Positions 26,454-34,360 of a stretch of DNA of 39,642 nucleotides are shown piece after piece (the first letter of the stretch is position 1; each line of letters starts with the position of its first letter). The position numbers and the translations under genes were made by a program. This DNA comes from a virus (taxonomy: Duplodnaviria > Caudoviricetes), in the IMG/VR virus record IMGVR_UViG_3300037445_000024, positions 1 through 39,642 of that record. One strand, given 5' to 3'. The notes beneath the pieces were generated by a model. That model ran no database searches. It was not told the origin of the DNA and was given only the letters and a program-made list of their open reading frames with translations.

Positions 26454-27311
26454 ATGCCGGAGCTGGTATTCGAGACGGTCATCGATCCCAAACTACCCGC
26501 GGTGGTACGGGATGCGGTGTCGTTCGAAACCGGGGCGACGCCAGAGCAAGTCAACTCTTCCGAGTACGTCGCCTACAATCATCACGGTGACGGATGGGAA
26601 CCCACCTCGAAGGGAGCCCTGACGGCTTTCTACGAGGATCTGATCTTTGGGAGGCCCCTGCCGTTGAAATTCGCGACGCACTCCGTCAATGACATCGATA
26701 CCGTCCTGGCAGTTGGCCTATTCATGCATCGGGACATGGCCCTCGCTCCTGGGTGCCTGTCGTTCGTGACGGCTGCTGACTTCGTGCACCGGTGGGGACT
26801 TCCCGGATTCGCACACGTTCCCGAGGATGTCGGTAGGTTCCTGTACTTCCTTCGAGGGTACACATTGGAGCCCGGTCTCACCCAACGGGAAACTGCCAAT
26901 CGGCTCAGCCAGGCCATCACGTGGGTCAGGGAGTATCTTCAAGAAGACCGCCTGCCCCACATGCCGAACGCGCAGGTGGACGTCACGATCATCGACCGGG
27001 GCACGAACGGGTTCGTCTTCGCTTCCACGGAGGGGGACCTCTTGACGGGGTGGGTCAATCTCTACCGTATGGGCTACTTGGGCGGAGTGCTCGTGGGTCC
27101 AGATACCAACCACCGGCGCCACGTCGTGGGAGCGCGTAAAACGCCCCACGTCGCGTTGGACCTCCACCGGGCCGCCCAGCACTTCAACGAGCTTGAGAAC
27201 GCCTACGGAGAGCCCGCTGGATGGCATGTGGAGGAGGACCTCCTGTTCGGACCTACGGATGGAACCATCATCCCCCCGTCGCAGCTCATCGAGGTCATGA
27301 TTCGCGTGTGA
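26454..27311 (+). CDS. Putative DHH-like phosphoesterase
   Basis: AYNHHG and SVNDIDT acidic/His motifs; ATG 26454 lies 9 nt after GGTGTA at 26439-26444. Confidence 0.5.
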   Translation: MPELVFETVIDPKLPAVVRDAVSFETGATPEQVNSSEYVAYNHHGDGWEPTSKGALTAFYEDLIFGRPLPLKFATHSVNDIDTVLAVGLFMHRDMALAPGCLSFVTAADFVHRWGLPGFAHVPEDVGRFLYFLRGYTLEPGLTQRETANRLSQAITWVREYLQEDRLPHMPNAQVDVTIIDRGTNGFVFASTEGDLLTGWVNLYRMGYLGGVLVGPDTNHRRHVVGARKTPHVALDLHRAAQHFNELENAYGEPAGWHVEEDLLFGPTDGTIIPPSQLIEVMIRV

Positions 27312-27317
27312 ACATAA

Positions 27318-27350
27318 TTGGTTGATCCTTCCAGAGGTCTCGCGTAGGGA
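27318..27350 (+). promoter_or_regulatory. Candidate promoter TTGGTTGATCC-N12-CGCGTAGGG, copy 2
   Basis: TTGATC (27322-27327) lies 17 nt before TAGGGA; ATG at 27357. Confidence 0.65.
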
Positions 27351-27356
27351 TGGGGC

Positions 27357-27929
27357 ATGAGCTACGAAAACGCCCCCTCGACGCAGTTGCTAGCCACCCA
27401 TTGCGCGGTCTGCGGTCGCCCCCTGCGGGATGCGGTCTCGATTGAGACCGGGGTGGGGCCCAAGTGCCGAGAGAAGTACGGGTACTCGGAGGCTCAGGGC
27501 CAGGCGGACTTCAGCAAGGCGCTTCCGCTCGCCGAGGACGTGGCGAACGCCGTCAAGGCCATCCAGGAAGGCGATGCCCACAAGGCCGCGAATGTGCTCA
27601 TCTATCACATCGCCGCCCACCAGCAGGGCCCCACGGTGGCTCGCTGGACGGCTGCCGTCGCCGCTCTCGGTTACACGAAGATGGCCGAGATCGTTGCCAA
27701 CCGCATCGGTGCGGTGCGCGTTCTGCCGGAAGGCGACGTCCTTTTGGTGACGGCTCCCTACAGCGAAGAGTTCAACAACCGTATCCGCTCCATTCGAGGC
27801 CAGCGTTGGGATCGCGAACGCTCGGTCCGCATCATTCCGGTCACGGCCCGCCAGCAGCTCTGGAGCATCATGAAGCAAGTCTTCCAACCGGGGACGGTCG
27901 TCATTGGCCGGAGCTACGCGGTCATCTGA
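27357..27929 (+). CDS. DUF6011-like zinc finger with a C-terminal HARP-like domain (190 aa)
   Basis: CAVCGRPLRDAVSIETGVGPKC; C-terminal APYSEEFNNRIRSIRGQRWD resembles HARP nucleic-acid-binding domains. Confidence 0.7.
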   Translation: MSYENAPSTQLLATHCAVCGRPLRDAVSIETGVGPKCREKYGYSEAQGQADFSKALPLAEDVANAVKAIQEGDAHKAANVLIYHIAAHQQGPTVARWTAAVAALGYTKMAEIVANRIGAVRVLPEGDVLLVTAPYSEEFNNRIRSIRGQRWDRERSVRIIPVTARQQLWSIMKQVFQPGTVVIGRSYAVI

Positions 27930-27936
27930 GGGCGCC

Positions 27937-28245
27937 ATGGAGAAAGTCATCAACGTCGTCGTGGAGAGCGTCAAGCGAGAACTGGCAAAGCGCGGCAAGC
28001 TGCGCGTGAAAGTCAGTTCTTCCATCGAAGAGGTCTTTAGTCTCGACGATCAGAGTGCTCTCGATGTGCGAGGACTCCTCTCGGAGTCAGCAGGGAAGCG
28101 GGAGGTCTGGCTCATCGGCACGAAGGAAGCGCTCCTGAAGTTCGCCGAAGAGTGCGAAAACACGCAAGTCGGTGGTTTCGATTGGCCCGCCTGGTACTAC
28201 CGAACCGCAAAAAAGACTGCCGAGAAGATCCGCAAGGCGGTGTAG
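27937..28245 (+). CDS. Hypothetical protein (102 aa)
   Basis: SD GAGGG then ATG 27937. Confidence 0.7.
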   Translation: MEKVINVVVESVKRELAKRGKLRVKVSSSIEEVFSLDDQSALDVRGLLSESAGKREVWLIGTKEALLKFAEECENTQVGGFDWPAWYYRTAKKTAEKIRKAV

Positions 28246-28254
28246 AGGGGTGGG

Positions 28255-29046
28255 ATGCCGGAGCGTCCCACCATCAAATTCGGCTACGACGGCCCCTGGG
28301 TGATTCCCGTTCGACGTGTGACGGTTGACCGCACGCGTCCCGCCCCTGACCCCTACCGAGGAACGCCGTTCGAGAAATTCGTTCCGATTCCCGCCGATTG
28401 TAAGCCTTGGGTCGACGCACAGGAGACTCACTGGGAAGCGTTCTTCTCGATGGACGTTCGGTTCCGAGTGGTCGATCGGGAGAGGGGTCTTGTGGAGATT
28501 CCGCCCGAGATGAAGGGGCACGTTGGATCTTTTGCGCCGTTCCACGTCGGCATCTACACGGGCATCCGCATCAAGACGACGCCCTATTGGGCCACGAGAA
28601 TCTCTTCCCCGGTGATGGGCCACCAAATGTGGACCGTCGAAGACGCCCTCATCGAGACCGATTGGTACCAGTGGTTCAAGAACTTCTCGGTCATTCGAAT
28701 CAACTCCTCGACGCCCGACGAAGTCTTCATCCCGCGAGGGCAACCCCTTTGCTGGATCAGCGTTGTCCCCAAACCTGGAATCGTTCAGGAGGGCTCATTC
28801 GATGACGCTGATTGGATGGAATTTCGAGAGAAGGAGCAACGATACCGTATGAAGGAACTCGGATATTGGGACAAGAGCAAGTCCAGACCTTCCTCGAATC
28901 CATCGCAGGTCTTCTACCCGACCTACAAAGTCGAGTCAAATCTTCAAGAGCCGCCCGAGCAAGAAGACTACAACGACACCCTCATTCAGGAGAACTTCGA
29001 CCGAGAGTCCGAGCCGGAGGACTTCGGTCAAGAGGGAGAGGACTGA
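28255..29046 (+). CDS. DUF6065-like protein (263 aa)
   Basis: CKPWVDA...LIETDWY...IPRGQPLCWI pattern; GGTGTA at 28239-28244. Confidence 0.6.
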   Translation: MPERPTIKFGYDGPWVIPVRRVTVDRTRPAPDPYRGTPFEKFVPIPADCKPWVDAQETHWEAFFSMDVRFRVVDRERGLVEIPPEMKGHVGSFAPFHVGIYTGIRIKTTPYWATRISSPVMGHQMWTVEDALIETDWYQWFKNFSVIRINSSTPDEVFIPRGQPLCWISVVPKPGIVQEGSFDDADWMEFREKEQRYRMKELGYWDKSKSRPSSNPSQVFYPTYKVESNLQEPPEQEDYNDTLIQENFDRESEPEDFGQEGED

Positions 29047-29048
29047 CG

Positions 29049-29708
29049 GTGCACGAGTCCTGGAGTAACCTCCTCGGGCAGGAGGTAGAGAAACCGTACT
29101 TCAAGACGCTGGTCGAATTCGTCCACAGTGAACGAATGAAGCACACCGTCTACCCACCGAGGCAAGACGTCTTCACGGCGCTCGGGACCCCATTCGATTC
29201 CGTAAAGGTCGTCATCCTCGGCCAAGACCCATACCATGGTCCTGGGCAAGCCCATGGCTTGAGTTTCTCCGTCAGGAAAGGCGTGACGGTTCCACCGTCA
29301 TTGGCCAACATCTACCGTGAGCTTCAAGACGACGTAGGCTTCACGCATCCCGGGCATGGATGCCTCTCCGAGTGGTCCGAACGAGGCGTGCTGCTTCTCA
29401 ACACCGTCTTGACCGTACGCGCCCACGAGCCCGCATCCCATCAGGGACGAGGGTGGGAGACGTTCACAGACTCCATCATTCGTCGATTGTCGGCCAGACC
29501 GCAACCGTGCATCTTCATCCTGTGGGGACGGCAAGCTCGGGAGAAGAAAGAGCTGATCGACGATCGTCACACCATCCTTGAATCCGCCCATCCGTCTCCC
29601 ATGTCGGCTGCGAACGGATTCTTTGGTAGCCGGCCTTTCTCGAAAGCCAACGCTGCACTGAGACGATTTGACGTCGAACCTATCGACTGGTCGCTGGCGC
29701 CGGTGTAG
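29049..29708 (+). CDS. ung: Uracil-DNA glycosylase, family 1 (219 aa)
   Basis: GQDPYH, HGLSFS, VPPSL, GVLLLN, AHPSP motifs; purine-rich SD before GTG 29049. Confidence 0.95.
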   Translation: MHESWSNLLGQEVEKPYFKTLVEFVHSERMKHTVYPPRQDVFTALGTPFDSVKVVILGQDPYHGPGQAHGLSFSVRKGVTVPPSLANIYRELQDDVGFTHPGHGCLSEWSERGVLLLNTVLTVRAHEPASHQGRGWETFTDSIIRRLSARPQPCIFILWGRQAREKKELIDDRHTILESAHPSPMSAANGFFGSRPFSKANAALRRFDVEPIDWSLAPV

Positions 29709-29717
29709 ACTAGCGGC

Positions 29718-30278
29718 ATGTCAGAAATCTACATCTCAACCGACATCGAGTCGGATGGCCCCATCCCGGGGCCGAATTCCATGCTGAGCTACGGTTCCGC
29801 GGCGTTCATGATCGGCGAGGGGCTGATCTCGACGTTCACCGAGAACCTCCTGCTGCTTCCCGGTGCGAAGGGGGATCCGGATACGTTGGCGTGGTGGGGA
29901 AAGCCCGAGCAGGCAGAAGCCTGGAAGGCTTGCCGCCGCGACATGAAGGACCCACAGGAGTCCATGCGTCGCTATGTCGACTGGCTGGAGAAGCTCTCTG
30001 CCAAGCACAACGCAAGGCCCGTCTTCGTCGGATACCCGGCCACCTTCGACTTCAGTTTTGTGTACCACTACCTGATTACGTTTGTAGGCAGAAGCCCGTT
30101 CAGCTTTTCGGCACTCGACATCAAATCGTACGCAATGGCGAAGCTCGGGACCGAGTTTAGGGAAACCACCAAGAAGAGGATGCCAAAGAACTGGTTTGTG
30201 GAAAGCCCACACACCCACGTGGCTTTGGATGATGCGATTGAGCAGGGGTGGGTCTTCATGAACATGCTTAATTCATGA
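29718..30278 (+). CDS. DEDDh 3'-5' exonuclease (186 aa)
   Basis: ExoI STDIESDG, ExoII ATFDFSF, ExoIII HVALDDA; GGTGTA at 29702-29707. Confidence 0.88.
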   Translation: MSEIYISTDIESDGPIPGPNSMLSYGSAAFMIGEGLISTFTENLLLLPGAKGDPDTLAWWGKPEQAEAWKACRRDMKDPQESMRRYVDWLEKLSAKHNARPVFVGYPATFDFSFVYHYLITFVGRSPFSFSALDIKSYAMAKLGTEFRETTKKRMPKNWFVESPHTHVALDDAIEQGWVFMNMLNS

Positions 30279-30886
30279 CCGCTCTGTCCGAAGACGACCT
30301 TCTTTTTCCGGCCCCCTTACTGATGGAGTACCATCCAAATGTGGGTGGTGTTTACATCATCTTGAATTTGGTCAATCGCCACCTCTATGTGGGGAGTACG
30401 ATCAACTTGCGTAAGAGAATTGTGCTGCACCGGCACAAACTACGTAAAAATAAGCACCATTCTCCCCACCTTCAAAATGCTTGGAACCTGTACGGAGAAG
30501 AAGCCTTCAAGTTTGGTGTTCTGCTGATCAGCGACGACAAGAGGTACAGGTTAGCGGTAGAGCAGACTCTATTGGATGTTCACCCTCGTGAGATGCTCTA
30601 CAATGTAGCTAGGTTTGCTACCTCAAGTGCGGGGGTGCGACGCAGTGAAGAAACGAAAGCAAAGATACGGGAAGCGCTGAAAGATCCTGCTCGCCTAGCA
30701 CATATACGCCGTCTTGGGAAATCCCCCAAGAGCGAAGAGCAAAGGATACTGATGTCGATTGCCGCACGTCGCCGGCCGCCTGTTTCTGAGGAAACCAGAG
30801 TCAAGATGCAACGGTCTAGTGCTCAACGATGGGCTAGGCCAGAAGAACGGGCCAAGATTTCTGCTGCAAGGCGTCGAGGGGCATAA
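30275..30886 (+). mobile_element. Free-standing GIY-YIG homing endonuclease with NUMOD3-like repeats (203 aa)
   Basis: GVYIILNLVNRHLYVGS...R...H; repeats SEETKAKI, SEEQRILM, SEETRVKM; visibly more AT-rich than its neighbours. Confidence 0.88.
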
Positions 30887-30890
30887 GCCA

Positions 30891-30904
30891 GGATCCTTTT
30901 CTTG
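30891..30904 (+). promoter_or_regulatory. GGATCCTTTTCTTG, exact copy at 31323-31336; candidate promoter 12 nt before a GTG start
   Basis: Both copies follow a stop codon and precede an in-frame GTG by exactly 12 nt. Confidence 0.55.
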
Positions 30905-30916
30905 GGGGCCTCTCAT

Positions 30917-31321
30917 GTGAGGGGCCTAAAGAGAGCCTTGTGCGGTTTGGCACTCATCATCGGGTGCGCCGGGGCTCCCTCCCAAGAAAGTGCCAGCCTC
31001 GAAGAGGATGCTGCCGAATCGGGCCAGCAGAGCACCGACGCAAGCGCTCACGTGGGTGCGTACGTGTCCGTCAACCGATTGGGTTACAACCCATACTACG
31101 TGACGGTTCGTGCCGGAGATGCGGTGTCGTGGATCTGGCTAGACCCACTTCCATCTTCGGTCCTTAGCGGGTCGGCTTGCGTGCCCGATGGGATGTTCGA
31201 ATCTCCCCTCTTGAGGGCTCGCCGGATGTGGACCATGACGTTCTCCAATCCGGGGACCTACCCGTATTTCATGGGTCAGGATTGTGGCAACTTTGGGGTC
31301 ATCCATGTCGTTGCCCCCTAG
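30917..31321 (+). CDS. Cupredoxin-fold lipoprotein lacking canonical copper ligands (134 aa)
   Basis: Basic N-terminus, hydrophobic stretch and LIIGC lipobox; VTVRAGDAVSW...TFSNPGTYPYF plastocyanin-like strands. Confidence 0.7.
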   Translation: MRGLKRALCGLALIIGCAGAPSQESASLEEDAAESGQQSTDASAHVGAYVSVNRLGYNPYYVTVRAGDAVSWIWLDPLPSSVLSGSACVPDGMFESPLLRARRMWTMTFSNPGTYPYFMGQDCGNFGVIHVVAP

Positions 31322-31348
31322 CGGATCCTTTTCTTGAACGGATCCAGC

Positions 31349-32242
31349 GTGGCAAGAATCGTCGACATCGTTGTAGGCACGGATGGGTTTCGCGACTTCG
31401 TGACCCTTCCTGAGGGGGACACCTACAACCTCGGGTCCACTTCGGTTCTGAAGCTCGTCACGGACTTGGTTCCCTCGACGAGTGTTGCTCGCCGGGCGCT
31501 GAAGTCCTTCGTCGAGGGAAACTCCGCCAAACTATCGGTAGACCTAGATGCCTTGAGGGTCCTGCTGGCCCCAAAGCGGGCCAGATGGGCTACGCCCCGC
31601 GCTAATGATACTTCTTCTATGGGAGAAGTATCTCGAAACCCTTCCACAAGAGGCCACATGGATTCCAAGTCGTTCGCTGAGAAGTTCGCTGCGGTTCAGA
31701 AGACCGTCCAGTACATCGAAGGCGCCCTTCAGGCTGGTGACGTCAAAGCCGTCAAGGGAGCCTATGAGGCCCTCGCCCAGCGTGTCGCGGCCGTCAAGAC
31801 TGCCGTCGAAGCTGGTGAGCAGCAGGACGAAAAGAAGGACGAAAAGAAGGACGAGGGCCAGAAGCAGGCCGGCGAGATTCCTCCTCAGTTCAAAGAGAAC
31901 GCCGAGAAGAAGAAGGAAGAGGCCGAGGCCAAGAAGGAGGAGAAGTCCGACAAGGAAGCCTCCGTCAAGACGGCCTCGTACGAGTCGTTGGAGGAGAACT
32001 CCAAGCTCGCCAAGGAGATCCTTGCCTCGCTCGATGAGACGCACGTTCTCGTCGAAGCTGCCGTCGAAGCCAAGCAGCCCGTCAACGGCTCGAAGGCGAA
32101 CGGCGATCTCTTCAAGATCGCGAGCCGCCTAAGCGGTCTCCTCAAGGATGCCGACATGGCGCAGCCGTGGGTCAAGGACGACTTGGTCGCAATGGCAAGT
32201 CGCGTCTCGACGATCAAGAGCTTCTTCACCCCCAAGAAGTGA
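31349..32242 (+). CDS. Hypothetical virion/internal-head or scaffold-like protein; possible second in-frame start at 31658
   Basis: GTG 31349 lies 12 nt after the repeated motif; highly charged K/E linker; internal SD GAGG plus ATG at 31658; followed by a terminator. Confidence 0.65.
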   Translation: MARIVDIVVGTDGFRDFVTLPEGDTYNLGSTSVLKLVTDLVPSTSVARRALKSFVEGNSAKLSVDLDALRVLLAPKRARWATPRANDTSSMGEVSRNPSTRGHMDSKSFAEKFAAVQKTVQYIEGALQAGDVKAVKGAYEALAQRVAAVKTAVEAGEQQDEKKDEKKDEGQKQAGEIPPQFKENAEKKKEEAEAKKEEKSDKEASVKTASYESLEENSKLAKEILASLDETHVLVEAAVEAKQPVNGSKANGDLFKIASRLSGLLKDADMAQPWVKDDLVAMASRVSTIKSFFTPKK

Positions 32243-32264
32243 AGAGCCACCCAAGATGAACCTG

Positions 32265-32299
32265 GAAGGGGTTGCTATCCAAGCAGCCCCTTCTTTTTT
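32265..32299 (+). terminator. Intrinsic terminator
   Basis: GAAGGGGTTGCT-atcca-AGCAGCCCCTTC followed by TTTTTT. Confidence 0.85.
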
Positions 32300-32382
32300 C
32301 TACTGAAAGCACGACCTTTGCGGAAGCTCTTATCAGGCCGGAAGAGTGCGTGCTGAACCTTCAGCGCCAAGAGGATTGAGAG

Positions 32383-33102
32383 ATGGGGAAGCCTGCTGAT
32401 ACGTCGACTTACATCTACCGTATGGGTACCGCCCCGAATACGCGTGCGGCCGTCAGTCAAAAGAATAAAGTGTACGGCTACATGGTCGGGAAGCAAGGCT
32501 TCCAGCAGATCGGTGTCGTATCTGAGTTCGGATTCGACGAGTCGCGTACCATCGAGGCGGTTCGTGGTGTCGGCTTCGGTGACCAGGTCGCCGAGTTGGT
32601 ACCTAGCGTGACGGAACCGATGACGCTCACCCTCAACCGTACCCTCATGTACGTCGTGAACGTCTTCCAGACGGTCGGCTACAAGGGCGGCGTCGAGGGT
32701 CTCGTCCGCTCCCTCAAGCACCACCGCTGGCCCTTCGACATCAAGCAGGAACTCGTGTTCTCGGAAGCCGCATCGGCCTTCGACACCGATGGTGCGACGG
32801 TCAAGCCAGCGTTCGTACAGCCGGCCGGCGAGGGCTTCCTTCCTGGCGTCAAGGCGCTCTTCACCTTCTACGAGGGGTGCTGGTTCAACAGCTACTCGGC
32901 GTCGTTCACCAGCGATGCGGCGCTCGTGGCGGAGAACAGCAGCGTGACGGTCACGGACATCATCGACGGCGTCTCGTCGTACGGTGAGTTCATCGACACC
33001 GGCCTCGCCCCGATCTCGTCTAACGGTGGCGCCGGCAAGGGCTTCTCGCTCCGGTTCGCCGGAAACTCGGACAAGACCCTAACGGGCTTGATCACGGGCT
33101 GA
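32383..33102 (+). CDS. Tail tube protein (239 aa)
   Basis: IGVVSEFGFDESRTIEAVRGVG...ELVP...LTLNR...PFDI...YEGCWFNSYS pattern of myovirus tube proteins; upstream of chaperones and tape measure. Confidence 0.8.
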   Translation: MGKPADTSTYIYRMGTAPNTRAAVSQKNKVYGYMVGKQGFQQIGVVSEFGFDESRTIEAVRGVGFGDQVAELVPSVTEPMTLTLNRTLMYVVNVFQTVGYKGGVEGLVRSLKHHRWPFDIKQELVFSEAASAFDTDGATVKPAFVQPAGEGFLPGVKALFTFYEGCWFNSYSASFTSDAALVAENSSVTVTDIIDGVSSYGEFIDTGLAPISSNGGAGKGFSLRFAGNSDKTLTGLITG

Positions 33103-33266
33103 TCTGACGTTCCTCACTTCTGAGAGAACGACGAAGCAAAGATGAAGATGTGGATCCCTAGGATGAAGACGTAAATCGCTCTCGCAACGTTCGTCGAGAT
33201 CGAATGTAGATCCCCCTCTTTCTCTCTTCGTCGCTCTCGCCCCTCATACCTCGAAGGTGCGCGAGC

Positions 33267-34352
33267 ATGGCAACACTGAATGCAAAAAAACTTGGCACTC
33301 TCCTCAAGAAGGCCAAGACTGTCGGTCGGGTAGAAGTCGATGTCGTCATCGACGGGATGAAGCTGGTCCTTCAGAACCTAGGCCCTGACGACTACATCGG
33401 AATCTCCGATGACGTGAAAGAGCTAGAGGAGCTTGAGTACCTCTACGAGTGGAGGAGGGCGCACATCTGCCGCTCCATCGTGGAGATCGACGATACCGAT
33501 CTTCGAGAGGTCGACTACATCGAGGATGAGGTCGAGGCCGAAGGTGGGGGCACCAAGCGGGTGCGGATCCCGCGCTACTTGTGGGTACGCGACAACATCG
33601 TGAAGCTCTTTTCGAAGGAGGCCGTCGATACGGCCTTCCGGAAGTTTGCTGAGGCCGTAGAGGCTGGCGAAAAGAAGGCCGCCGAAGGCGTTACGTTCGT
33701 GACCCCGGACGAGACCGCCGAAGACAAGTTCCGTCGACAGCTCGGAGAGTCCTTGGAGACTGCCTCAGAGGTACCGGGGGAAATCGTCATGAAGGTGTTT
33801 GACGAACTCGGACTCACCAGGAAGGTCACCGCCAAAGAGGCGGAAGCCGCGGACGAACGCCTCTCCAGGCTTGCCTCGGAGACGGCACCTTCCCCCAAGG
33901 TGTACCACAATCCCAACGCCGAAGAGGCCGCTCCAGAAGCGCCTGCCCCGGCTCCAGCCCCACAGCAGGCCGTTCCAACGCAGATTCAACGCAAGCCCTT
34001 GAATCGAGTGGCCCCCGTGGCCCATGAGGCTCCTGGCCTACCGACACCCGTGCCGGCACCGGCCACAACGACCGCGCCGACTCGGGCGGCCCAGTACGCG
34101 GAATTGGAGCAGCAGGTCAGCCAGGCAACAGGCATCCCCGTTGTGGATTCGCCCGAGCAGGCTCCTCTTTCGGGGGCGACGGCTGCCGCTACGCCGGACC
34201 AGCTTCGAAGGCTCCAAGAGGCAGCTCGGCGAGCGAATGAGCCCGTCGTGGTTCAACCCCAACAGACCAATGCCGTCGAGGCGGCAAGGATCCTCGATCA
34301 GCCCCCCGTCGCGGGCATTAATCCGCGCTTTCGACCACCCCCGCGTGTTTGA
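33267..34352 (+). CDS. Putative tail assembly chaperone with a Pro/Ala-rich tail (361 aa)
   Basis: Located between tube and tape measure; LQNL...ICRSIVEID chaperone-like N-terminal domain. Confidence 0.55.
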   Translation: MATLNAKKLGTLLKKAKTVGRVEVDVVIDGMKLVLQNLGPDDYIGISDDVKELEELEYLYEWRRAHICRSIVEIDDTDLREVDYIEDEVEAEGGGTKRVRIPRYLWVRDNIVKLFSKEAVDTAFRKFAEAVEAGEKKAAEGVTFVTPDETAEDKFRRQLGESLETASEVPGEIVMKVFDELGLTRKVTAKEAEAADERLSRLASETAPSPKVYHNPNAEEAAPEAPAPAPAPQQAVPTQIQRKPLNRVAPVAHEAPGLPTPVPAPATTTAPTRAAQYAELEQQVSQATGIPVVDSPEQAPLSGATAAATPDQLRRLQEAARRANEPVVVQPQQTNAVEAARILDQPPVAGINPRFRPPPRV

Positions 34353-34360
34353 GGGCCTAG

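Noticed and set aside
31825-31853. Short tandem repeat GGACGAAAAGAA x ~2.4
   Set aside because: In-frame low-complexity DEKK linker; no separate function evident.
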